From Minisyncoccota bacterium (GTDB lineage: Bacteria; Patescibacteriota; Minisyncoccia; Phycocordibacterales; UBA2100): 64,000 nucleotides of DNA. The position numbers and the translations under genes are program-made. Each line of letters begins with the position of its first letter. The stretch's first letter is position 1. Below are positions 1-8,064 of this stretch, one piece after another. Location of the stretch: positions 9,475 to 73,474 of the forward strand of contig DATMBM010000007.1 of NCBI GenBank assembly GCA_035559235.1. Direction: 5' to 3'. The notes below the pieces were generated by a model. That model searched no databases, had not been told where the DNA came from, and was given only the letters and a program-made list of their open reading frames with translations.

Positions 1-606
1 GCACTGAATCCGGGGCTGTACGTGTATCACTGTGCTCATCCGAACGTCGCCAACCATATGGCGCATGGGATGTACGGTTTGATCCTCGTTGAACCAAAAG
101 AAGGCTTGCCGCCTGTGGATAAAGAACTCTATGTAATGCAAGGCGAGTTTTATACCGCTGGATCACGTGGGACAAAGGGGTTGCAGGTAATTGATGCAGG
201 CAAAATGCTCGACGGTAATCCAGAATACGTCGTCTTCAATGGACGTACTGGCGCTATCTCGAAAGACAAGGTAGTCGTGAATCAGGGCGAGAAAGTGCGA
301 ATGTACGTCGGCAACGGCGGTGTGAATCTCGTCTCTTCATTCCATCTCATCGGTGAAATATTTGATACAGTGTATCCCGAAGCAGCTATAGGCAGCGAGC
401 CGCACAAGAATGTGCAGAGCACGATTGTGCCCGCTGGTGGAGCAACTATCGTGGAGTTTACGGCAGACGTGCCGGGAACATATGTCTTGGTTGATCACGC
501 TCTTGCTCGTCTCGATAAAGGGGCGTGGGGCACACTTCAGATCATTGGCGAACCACGTCCTGACATTTTCGATGGTGACCCCTCCGATGATCATAGCGGG
601 CACTAA
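1..606 (+). CDS. nirK: Copper-containing nitrite reductase NirK, C-terminal part (5' end lies outside the window)
   Basis: The frame is open from position 1. The type-1 copper motif YHCAHP..HMAHGM is present. HVVFNG-, HLIGG- and VDHAL-like blocks match the NirK cupredoxin domain 2. Stop at 604-606. Confidence 0.8.
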   Translation, partial: ALNPGLYVYHCAHPNVANHMAHGMYGLILVEPKEGLPPVDKELYVMQGEFYTAGSRGTKGLQVIDAGKMLDGNPEYVVFNGRTGAISKDKVVVNQGEKVRMYVGNGGVNLVSSFHLIGEIFDTVYPEAAIGSEPHKNVQSTIVPAGGATIVEFTADVPGTYVLVDHALARLDKGAWGTLQIIGEPRPDIFDGDPSDDHSGH

Positions 607-873
607 TAGCGTTGCGGAGCGATAGGGACGGTGGGGTCGGTGTCTCCCAGTAACTGTTGCAACTTAGGGGACGATCTATAAAACGCCCAGAACTCAGCCA
701 AATAAGTTTTCATTCGGTTCAATATTTTATATGCTGAGTCCGCATAACGCTTGCTTAATTTCATGAATGTGCTACCGTGTCGGGGAATGTAAGTTTCCCC
801 ACCTGTGCGCGTTTTACGAGGCTAGGGAAAGGAAAGGTTGGTTTACATTTTTATACAAGCAGCACAGAACACA

Positions 874-1185
874 ATGGCTAAGAAACTCTATGTGGGCGGC
901 CTTCCGTACTCAACGACGGAAGATCAGCTCCGTGACGCTTTCGCGCAGGCCGGCGCCGTCTCGTCCGCGATCATCATCATGGACAAGATGAGCGGCCGCT
1001 CGAAGGGCTTCGGTTTCGTCGAATTTGCCTCCGATGACGACGCGCAAAGCGCGATCGACATGTGGAACGGCAAGGAATTCGGCGGACGCACCCTTACGGT
1101 GAACGAAGCGCGTCCGATGGAAGACCGACCACGCCGAGGAGGTGGCGGCGGCGATTGGGGCGGACGGCGCTCCAACAACTGGTAA
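874..1185 (+). CDS. RRM-type RNA-binding protein with an RGG/Gly-rich tail
   Basis: RNP1-like KGFGFVEF and RNP2-like LYVGGL motifs are present. The C-terminus is rich in RRGGGGGDWGGRR. ATG at 874. Confidence 0.8.
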   Translation: MAKKLYVGGLPYSTTEDQLRDAFAQAGAVSSAIIIMDKMSGRSKGFGFVEFASDDDAQSAIDMWNGKEFGGRTLTVNEARPMEDRPRRGGGGGDWGGRRSNNW

Positions 1186-1244
1186 TTTCCCAGTTATCTA
1201 CACCCCCTGATGGCTTCGGCCGTCAGGGGGTGTATGATTTTTGC

Positions 1245-1640
1245 ATGCAATTCGCATTGCGCGCCCTCGGGTGGGGAGTGGTCATTTATGCTGTCATGTA
1301 CCTCCTATGGTCGGGGCTTGTTATCTACGGCCTCGCCTTCGGTCTCGTCGCGCTCGCGATCCGCATCGCGGTCCTCGCGTCAGTGACGACAATCGCAGCC
1401 CGCTCGCTCCGCGCGACGACGCGCATGGACGTCGCACCGTATTCGATCAGCTGGGCTGTGGTAGCCGCTGCGCTCGATGCGATCGTACTTGTACCGTTTT
1501 CCGGCTGGGGGCTCTATTCTGAATGGAGCGTCTGGGCCGGATATGCACTCGTCGCCTTAATCCCGCTTGCGACCTTCTGGAATCCGAAAATCGCACCGCG
1601 CAGCCGTCCTGAAGCCGCACCCCGCCCGCGCATCCAGTAG
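1245..1640 (+). CDS. Small hypothetical membrane protein (about 3 TM)
   Basis: Hydrophobic segments are present. Its stop lies 1 nt before the downstream transporter start, so the two may be co-transcribed. Confidence 0.4.
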   Translation: MQFALRALGWGVVIYAVMYLLWSGLVIYGLAFGLVALAIRIAVLASVTTIAARSLRATTRMDVAPYSISWAVVAAALDAIVLVPFSGWGLYSEWSVWAGYALVALIPLATFWNPKIAPRSRPEAAPRPRIQ

Positions 1641-1641
1641 T

Positions 1642-2832
1642 ATGGGTCGCTCCGGCGTGGAAGCGCTTGCGATACATCGCTATTTGTTCCGTCTCGCGCT
1701 TGCCGCGGGAAACTTTTTTGCATGGATCGTCGTGTTTCGCGTGTTATTTTTCTTTTCGTCCGACATCTCGCTCGCGCTCGCCGGCACCGCAATTTTGTAT
1801 GCGCTGCAGCACGGCATCGCCGTGATCCTCACGCCGCTCGCGGCCGCGGCGCTGCGTCATGGCGTCCGGCGCGCGCTCATGCTTGGCACATTTGCAGCTG
1901 TCGTCTCGCTCGGTCTCTTGGCAGAATTGTTTTTTTCTCGCCTCGCATTCGTTCCCGAAGTCGTCTTTACGCTCATCTCGGGCTTTGTCATCGTCGGCGG
2001 AATCCAGCGCGCATTGTATTTCGTGCCATATGCTGCTGCCGCGGTGCAGAGTCATCTGGATAGTCGTGACTCGCTCATTCGGGAGGCTTCGCTCGCGTTG
2101 GTGCCGCTTATTGGCGGCTTCGTGATTGGCGAAATCTCGGGTGGCACCGGTCTTCTCTTCGCTGCAGCTGCGGCGTTTGCGGGAGCGTCGCTTTTGGCGC
2201 TTTTTGCCATGCCCGAGACGTACGAGCGATTCGAGTGGGATTATTCCGAAACGGTGCGCGCTCTCGTTTCTCCTTCGCATCGGGACGTGCTCTGGGTCGC
2301 CATATTCGATGGTATGCAGGGCGCTGCGCTCCTTCTCGTGTGGCCATTGGCAGTCTTCATCATCCTTGGGCAGTCATTTTTCTTGCTCGGTGCCGTATTG
2401 TCGGCGACGTTCTTAATGGCGTTTCTTGCGCGGCACATAGTGCGATCGTTCATCGTTCGGCGCGAAGCACAATCCCCGTATGTACTGGCGACCATTGCAT
2501 TTTCAAGCTGGATATTCCGTCTTGCCGCAGGGACGCCGCTGCAGATCGTTGTCGCGGATATTTATTATCATTCGGCGGCGCGGCCGGGGGAGCGCGGCAT
2601 AGACGCACATGCGCACGACCAGTGGGCGGATAGAGGGCACTATGTCGACGAATATACGGCGCTCAAAGAAATGGGGCTCGCAATCGGCAGGATTGCACTG
2701 GCCTCGTTCTTTGTCGTACTCGTGCTGCTTACGCCTGTAGTTGTTGCGTTTGCGACAGGCATCGTGCTCGCTGGGTTTGCAGCCGCCGCGTCGGTCATGC
2801 TTTCACGGCACGTGCGAAAGGAGGCGTTTTAA
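1642..2832 (+). CDS. Putative MFS-type polytopic membrane transporter
   Basis: About 397 aa with 10-12 predicted hydrophobic helices and Gly-rich inter-helix loops. Confidence 0.5.
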   Translation: MGRSGVEALAIHRYLFRLALAAGNFFAWIVVFRVLFFFSSDISLALAGTAILYALQHGIAVILTPLAAAALRHGVRRALMLGTFAAVVSLGLLAELFFSRLAFVPEVVFTLISGFVIVGGIQRALYFVPYAAAAVQSHLDSRDSLIREASLALVPLIGGFVIGEISGGTGLLFAAAAAFAGASLLALFAMPETYERFEWDYSETVRALVSPSHRDVLWVAIFDGMQGAALLLVWPLAVFIILGQSFFLLGAVLSATFLMAFLARHIVRSFIVRREAQSPYVLATIAFSSWIFRLAAGTPLQIVVADIYYHSAARPGERGIDAHAHDQWADRGHYVDEYTALKEMGLAIGRIALASFFVVLVLLTPVVVAFATGIVLAGFAAAASVMLSRHVRKEAF

Positions 2833-3275
2833 AAAAGGGAATCGACGACTTCTTTCACGACCCCACCGTCAGCGTTGCCAGCGAATTCCTTCATGACGGC
2901 GCCCATGAGCTTTCCCTTGCCCGCGGCGTCGACGCCCATTTCTTCTTTCTTAGCGCGCGCAACCTTCTCGATATCTTCCCGAGACGCCATTTGCGGCAGG
3001 TAGCTTTCGATGATTGCAAGTTCCTTCATTTCTTTTTCGGCAAGTTCCGGCCGGCCGCCCTTTTCATACTGCTCCGCGGAATCCTTCCGCTGCTTCGACA
3101 ATCGCTTCAGGACGGTCATCGCCATCGCATCATCGACTGCGTCAGTCGGCTTTTTGCTTTTCGCGACCAGCTCGTTCGTGAAGGCGGCGATGGCGCCGCG
3201 CAATGTCTGCACGCGCAGATCATCTTTCGCCTTCATTGCGTCCTTCATGTCGCTTTTTATCTGGTCGACAAGCAT
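2829..3275 (-). CDS. yqeY: GatB/YqeY domain-containing protein
   Basis: The sequence MLVDQIKSDMKDAMKAKD...YLPQM is typical of the YqeY family. Confidence 0.85.
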   Translation of the reverse strand: MLVDQIKSDMKDAMKAKDDLRVQTLRGAIAAFTNELVAKSKKPTDAVDDAMAMTVLKRLSKQRKDSAEQYEKGGRPELAEKEMKELAIIESYLPQMASREDIEKVARAKKEEMGVDAAGKGKLMGAVMKEFAGNADGGVVKEVVDSLF

Positions 3276-3295
3276 GGTGGAAGTGTAGCAAAGGG

Positions 3296-3335
3296 ATACA
3301 AAAAAAGAAGGCCGGGCACGCGGGTACCCGGCCTT
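3296..3335 (-). terminator. Intrinsic terminator-like hairpin (minus orientation) just upstream of yqeY, with an alternative antiterminator pairing
   Basis: On the minus strand the sequence reads GGCCGGGuacccgcgugCCCGGCC followed by UUCUUUUUUU. The 5' arm can instead pair with upstream CCCGG..ACCCGCAG/CUGCGGGU segments at 3331-3375. Confidence 0.55.
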
Positions 3336-3467
3336 CTACCCGCAGCGTCGAGGTGGGACTGCGGGTCTCCGGGCAGGCGATGGTGTGATCGCATACACAC
3401 CCGGAAAGAACAACCCGCCTATGGTACGTCAGAGGCGGTTTCTGTCAATCGCGGAAACAGGTACAAT

Positions 3468-4535
3468 ATGCGTATGGAGTGGCTCATCGTCATCCTCCTT
3501 ATCGCCAATTTTGCACTGGTGAGTTTTCTCTTTTGGCGCAGCCGCCAGCCGCGCGAGGACGGCCAAGGCCTGATGCTTCTACAAAACCAGCTCCAAGACC
3601 TGGCGCGGCTCCTCGGCGACGGCACCAACCGGATGAACGAGAGTATGCGCGCACAGAGCGCCGAAACCCAGCGCCTCATGAGCGACATCTCGGAAAAGGT
3701 CGCGCGCCAGCTCCTTGAGGTCGTCAAAGGCATTACTGAGACGAAAGAATCAACAAAGCAGGTCTTCACGCTTGCGGAGCAACTACAAAATCTCGAAAAA
3801 GTGCTGAAGCACCAGAAACAGCGGGGGAATCTGGGTGAGGCGTCGCTCGAACTGATTCTCGCCAACATCCTTCCGCCCGGTTCGTACAAAATGCAGCACG
3901 AATTTCCGGGCGGGGAGACGGTCGATGCCGTCATCATGACGAAGGAGGGCATTATCCCGATCGACGCGAAATTTTCGCTCGACAACTACCAACGGCTTGT
4001 GAGCGCGATCGACGACAGGCAGCGGGAAGAACTTGAGAAGCAATTCAAGAACGATTTGAAGTTGCGCATTGACGAATGCGCCAAGTACGTACGGCCAAAG
4101 GACGGAACACTGCCGTTTGCCTTTATGTATATACCGGCCGAGGCGATTTACTACGATCTCCTCGTCAACGAAGTCGGTTCGGTGAAAGTGAATACCCGCA
4201 ACCTCATCGACTATGCCTATAACGAAAAAAAGGTCATCATTGTCTCACCGACGACGTTTGCGGCGTACCTCCAATCAGTCCTGTACGGGTTTAAGGCGTT
4301 CAAGATCGAAGAAACCGCAAAGGATATCGTGAAAAACGTTGAGAGCCTTTCGCGGCATCTTAAGGCCTACGAAGACTACTACAAGAAACTCGGTAATTCG
4401 CTCTCGACGACAGTGAATCACTTCAATGCGGGATCGAAGGAACTGGGGAAGATTGATAAGGACGTGCTGCGGATAACGGGCGAGTCGTCGGGGCTTGAAG
4501 TTGGGATATTGGAGCGTCCGCAAACGTTAGAATAA
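3468..4535 (+). CDS. rmuC: DNA recombination protein RmuC
   Basis: N-terminal TM segment, coiled-coil region, then the RmuC nuclease-like core (YVRPKDGTLPFAFMYIPAEAIYYDL). The start may instead be ATG 3474 if the transcript is leaderless. Confidence 0.85.
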   Translation: MRMEWLIVILLIANFALVSFLFWRSRQPREDGQGLMLLQNQLQDLARLLGDGTNRMNESMRAQSAETQRLMSDISEKVARQLLEVVKGITETKESTKQVFTLAEQLQNLEKVLKHQKQRGNLGEASLELILANILPPGSYKMQHEFPGGETVDAVIMTKEGIIPIDAKFSLDNYQRLVSAIDDRQREELEKQFKNDLKLRIDECAKYVRPKDGTLPFAFMYIPAEAIYYDLLVNEVGSVKVNTRNLIDYAYNEKKVIIVSPTTFAAYLQSVLYGFKAFKIEETAKDIVKNVESLSRHLKAYEDYYKKLGNSLSTTVNHFNAGSKELGKIDKDVLRITGESSGLEVGILERPQTLE

Positions 4536-4540
4536 TGCAC

Positions 4541-4569
4541 TTGCCACTGCTAGTTTAATGCGATATATT
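4541..4569 (+). promoter_or_regulatory. Sigma70-like promoter for rplU (TTGCCA-17-TATATT)
   Basis: The -35 and -10 hexamers have ideal 17-nt spacing. They are followed by a structured leader of about 150 nt. Confidence 0.45.
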
Positions 4570-4575
4570 ATCCGC

Positions 4576-4724
4576 GCGAGAGGGGCTGAGACGTCTTCCG
4601 ATTTGCTCCGCTACCATCGCAAACAGGGCGGACTTTCCTAGGGTGTGGTCTTCCCAGCGACCGGGTCGCAAGGCCTTGGTGCGGCAGCAAGCGTCTCGTT
4701 GTCCCTAACTTTTTCAAACAACTT
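4576..4724 (+). promoter_or_regulatory. Structured 5' leader of rplU (candidate L21 autoregulatory leader)
   Basis: Several hairpins are present: gcgaccgggtcgc, caaggccttg, and a long-range gagacg/cgtctc pairing. Position matches known r-protein leaders. Confidence 0.35.
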
Positions 4725-5039
4725 ATGGCCAAATTTGCCATCATTTCGACCGGCTCGAAGCAGTACCTCGTCAAGGACGGGGACGTCATTTCTGTCGAGC
4801 GCCTGAAGGGGACGAAGGGCAAGGGCTCGAAAGTCAATTTTGATACCGTACTTCTCACGGCCGATGGCGACAAAGTCACCGTCGGTTCTCCGCACGTCTC
4901 AGGCGCAAAGGTCGCCGGAGAGATCGTCGACGAAGGCCGCGACGACAAGGTCACCGTCATCCGCTACCGCCAGAAGTCGCGCTATTTCAAGAAAAAGGGC
5001 CACCGTCAGCCGTTCACGAAAGTGAAAATCAGCCTGTAG
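4725..5039 (+). CDS. rplU: 50S ribosomal protein L21
   Basis: MAKFAIISTGSKQYLVKDGD... is the canonical L21 sequence. Confidence 0.95.
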   Translation: MAKFAIISTGSKQYLVKDGDVISVERLKGTKGKGSKVNFDTVLLTADGDKVTVGSPHVSGAKVAGEIVDEGRDDKVTVIRYRQKSRYFKKKGHRQPFTKVKISL

Positions 5040-5113
5040 GAACCGCTTCGTTTACCGCGCACAAACACCTGTAGTAGGGTGTTATTAGTTGATGCCCGTC
5101 AAAGGAGGCACAC

Positions 5114-5362
5114 ATGCACAAAGCCATCAGCTACTATGATTTCTCTCAGGAGGAGCAAAGCATCGCTGAATTGATCGAACTGATTGAGAAAAATGGAGGG
5201 GCCATCGGTCGCGCGGCGGACACGCTGCTTAAGAAAAGCAGCACAACGCACACGATTGCGCTGGAATGTACTATAGCCGTTATACACAGCGGCAAGCTCG
5301 ACCTTGAGACACCGCGGGTTGGAGACTTATACGACATTGCATCCCAGGAGGGATTAAAGTAA
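5114..5362 (+). CDS. Hypothetical small protein (82 aa)
   Basis: A strong SD (AAGGAGG) sits 6 nt upstream of the ATG. It occupies the usual slot after rplU but is not L27 or Prp. Confidence 0.5.
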   Translation: MHKAISYYDFSQEEQSIAELIELIEKNGGAIGRAADTLLKKSSTTHTIALECTIAVIHSGKLDLETPRVGDLYDIASQEGLK

Positions 5363-5599
5363 TTGCCGATGACAGTGGTTTTTGGGCTCATCGCGCCGTA
5401 TGTCAATGGTGAGTTTGATGTTCCACAACTCTCTATCTGCCACCCGCCATTTCAACTTCGGACGCGGAGCGGATGGCGCGACTTTTGCATCAACGTGTGC
5501 CGCCGCGGTGTTAAAAGACAGTGGGGGCTCGGGGCCACCATAATCCGGCGAGAAAAAAGTGTTTTCTCGCGGTAGCGGCTTCGTATGGCTCTGCCCCTA

Positions 5600-5628
5600 G
5601 TATTCGAGCCCGCCGTGTGCACACGGCG
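5600..5628. terminator. Perfect 14-bp inverted repeat (gagcccgccgtgtg/cacacggcgggctc), a likely bidirectional terminator
   Basis: It lies between convergent small ORFs and has no strong U-tract. Confidence 0.4.
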
Positions 5629-5643
5629 GGCTCTCAATCATGT

Positions 5644-5835
5644 TTACTCCCCCTTTGGCGGTTCACTGTAGCGGGCAAGAAGCGCGGCAACTACCACGAT
5701 GATCGCAAGGATGAAATAGTGATATGTCCTCAAAAGGATTGGGTCGAAGACATGATACAGCGCAACGTAGCCGATCAGGAGAGCTGTAAGAATGATCACA
5801 AAACGGCCAAGCGAGGTTTTCCATAGTACCGACAC
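5644..5835 (-). CDS. Small membrane protein (63 aa, 2 TM)
   Basis: Two hydrophobic helices. Its stop abuts the hairpin terminator. Confidence 0.4.
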   Translation of the reverse strand: MSVLWKTSLGRFVIILTALLIGYVALYHVFDPILLRTYHYFILAIIVVVAALLARYSEPPKGE

Positions 5836-5883
5836 GGAGGTCCTCCATAAGCGGATGCACAGTCCCGCCGTATTCTCTGTATT

Positions 5884-6477
5884 TCATCGACGATTGTCAA
5901 AGGCACTCTTTAATGTGTCCGGATCGGCGTATTCAAGCTCCGAGCCAGTCGAAAGCCCGCGGCCGAGTTTCGTGATTTTGATGTCATTTTTCGACAGTTC
6001 TTCACGTACCCGTGCCGCGGTCGCATCGCCTTCCGGGTTGACCGGAAACGCCAAAATAATTTCAGAAAGACCTTTTTTCGCGCGCGCAGGGATCGAAGAA
6101 AGCAGCTCCTTGATACGAAGTCCGTTCGCCTTATCTGAAGCGAGCGATACGAGCCCGCCGAGCACGAAATACCTACCGCGGTATGTACGCGAACGTTCCA
6201 ATGCGAGGAGGTCTGCGTCCGACGCGACGATTGCGAGAAGCCCGAAATCACGTTGGGTATCGGCGCAGATAGTGCACGCGCCCTTCGTGCCCGCAAAGAA
6301 GCGTTTGCATTCGGGGCACTGGTGCACGGAAGACGCAAGGTCGCGCACACCCTCGATCAGTTCACGACGTACGGCCGGCGACGATCGCAACAGGAATTGT
6401 ACGAACCGCTGTGCTTGGCGTGGGCCGATGCCGGGAAAGCGCTCGAAGAGCGAAGAGAGGCGATCGATCGGATCCAT
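5884..6477 (-). CDS. recR: Recombination protein RecR
   Basis: HhH domain, C4 zinc finger CPECKRF..CTIC and a Toprim region. Confidence 0.95.
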   Translation of the reverse strand: MDPIDRLSSLFERFPGIGPRQAQRFVQFLLRSSPAVRRELIEGVRDLASSVHQCPECKRFFAGTKGACTICADTQRDFGLLAIVASDADLLALERSRTYRGRYFVLGGLVSLASDKANGLRIKELLSSIPARAKKGLSEIILAFPVNPEGDATAARVREELSKNDIKITKLGRGLSTGSELEYADPDTLKSAFDNRR

Positions 6478-6489
6478 GCGTGCAGTGTA

Positions 6490-7908
6490 TCAAAACGGCG
6501 CCTCGTCCAATCCAACACGCGCCTCCGGGGTGAAGTCACCGAAGTCGGCCTTTTCAATCGTGCGGAACGTTGTCTTCTCTTCGTCAAACAGGAGCTCGAT
6601 CTTCCCGACGGGCCCGTTGCGGTGCTTCTCGATGAGGATTTCGGCGATGTTGTTCTTTTCGCCGTCGGAGCGACTGTCCATCATGTCTTCGCGGTGGATG
6701 AACATCACGACGTCGGCGTCCTGTTCGAGCGAACCGGAATCACGAAGGTCGGACAGTTTGGGTCGTCCGCGGCGTTTTTCGATCTCGCGCGAGAGCTGCG
6801 AGAGCGCGAGCACCGGCACGTCCAGCTCGCGGGCCATTTGTTTGAGGGAACGGGAAATCTCGGTCACTTGCTGGACGACGGAGACGTTCGAGCCCTGCGT
6901 CGTCGGCGTGATGAGCTGCAGGTAATCGACGATGACGAGCCCCAAGCCCTTTTCGATTTTCATGCGGCGAGCGGTCGAGCGCATGGCGAGTACCGTAATG
7001 CCCGGCTTGTCGTCGATAAAGATCGGCGCCTCGCTCAGCTCGGCGATGGCCTCTTGCAGCCGCTCGTATTCCTCATCTTTCGAAATCTTGCCCGTCCGCA
7101 ACCGCCACGAATTGACGCCGGCCTGTGCCGCAAGCATACGGTCCACCATTTGTTGTGAGCTCATCTCAAGCGTAAAGATGCCGACTGGCGTTTGGTGCTT
7201 GGTCGATGTTTGTCTTGCAATATCGAGCGCGAGCGCCGACTTGCCCATGGACGGTCGCGCGGCGAGGATGATGAGATCGCTTTTTTGTAGGCCCGAGAGC
7301 ATATTGTCGAGTGCGGGGAAGCCGGTCGGGATGCCGCGGAGCGCCCCTGTGTGCTTTTGGAGCGCCTCGAGGCGCTCCCACGCATCGTCCAGCTCTTCTT
7401 TGATTGCGGTAAAGTTGCGCATCGTTGAGGCGTTTGAAATCGCGAACACCGCCGCCTGGGCTTCGTCGAGCACCTGTTCGATTTCGCGATCTTCCTGGAA
7501 ACCCAGCTCGCCGATTTTGGCTGCGGCGTTCAAGAGCGAGCGCAACATGAATTTCGTCTGCACGACTTGCGCGTAGTGCGCGGCCGAGCCGGGAGACGCG
7601 ACCGAGCCAGCGAGTTCCGAAAGATATGCGCGGCCGCCGATGTCCTGCAATTGCTTCCGCTCATCTAATTTTGAGGCGACCGTAACGATGTCGATCGGCT
7701 CGCCCTTGGTGTAGAGGCTGAGGATCGCGTCGTAAATGGAACGATGCTTTCCGGCGTAAAAAGAGTCGACGTGTACGATATCTGCCGCTTCGTAGATTGC
7801 GGCCTGGTTGATCATCAGTGCGCCCAAAAGCGCCTTCTCGGTTTCGAGATCATGCGGCGGCACGCGGACTCCTTGCGGGGAGGATGCGGACGGCAAAGCC
7901 ATACCCAA
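6490..7908 (-). CDS. dnaB: Replicative DNA helicase DnaB
   Basis: DnaB N-domain, Walker A GxRPSMGKS, and an RecA-like fold. No intein. Confidence 0.95.
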   Translation of the reverse strand: MGMALPSASSPQGVRVPPHDLETEKALLGALMINQAAIYEAADIVHVDSFYAGKHRSIYDAILSLYTKGEPIDIVTVASKLDERKQLQDIGGRAYLSELAGSVASPGSAAHYAQVVQTKFMLRSLLNAAAKIGELGFQEDREIEQVLDEAQAAVFAISNASTMRNFTAIKEELDDAWERLEALQKHTGALRGIPTGFPALDNMLSGLQKSDLIILAARPSMGKSALALDIARQTSTKHQTPVGIFTLEMSSQQMVDRMLAAQAGVNSWRLRTGKISKDEEYERLQEAIAELSEAPIFIDDKPGITVLAMRSTARRMKIEKGLGLVIVDYLQLITPTTQGSNVSVVQQVTEISRSLKQMARELDVPVLALSQLSREIEKRRGRPKLSDLRDSGSLEQDADVVMFIHREDMMDSRSDGEKNNIAEILIEKHRNGPVGKIELLFDEEKTTFRTIEKADFGDFTPEARVGLDEAPF

Positions 7909-7995
7909 ATACTACCACTGTTGCGTTTCGTGAAGATCTGCGGTATACCGATGGCGCTTGTGCATAGGGTGTGGATGCAGGGTGGACAGGGAGCC

Positions 7996-8024
7996 TTGAC
8001 ATCATTGATGGCGATTGATATAAG
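7996..8024 (+). promoter_or_regulatory. Sigma70-like promoter (TTGACA-17-TATAAG) for the 8065 gene
   Basis: Consensus hexamers with 17-nt spacing, about 40 nt upstream of the ATG. Confidence 0.5.
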
Positions 8025-8064
8025 GTATGTCACGAAGAGAGAGTAAGTCAATTTTGATAAATCC

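Noticed and set aside
3419-3985. 188-aa minus ORF
   Set aside because: It is antisense to rmuC.
5363-5575. 70-aa plus ORF
   Set aside because: It has no start context and it overlaps the hairpin region. The translation is unconvincing.
5792-6925. 377-aa plus-strand ORF
   Set aside because: It is entirely antisense to recR and dnaB, with a Ser/Arg-rich low-complexity translation typical of high-GC antisense frames.
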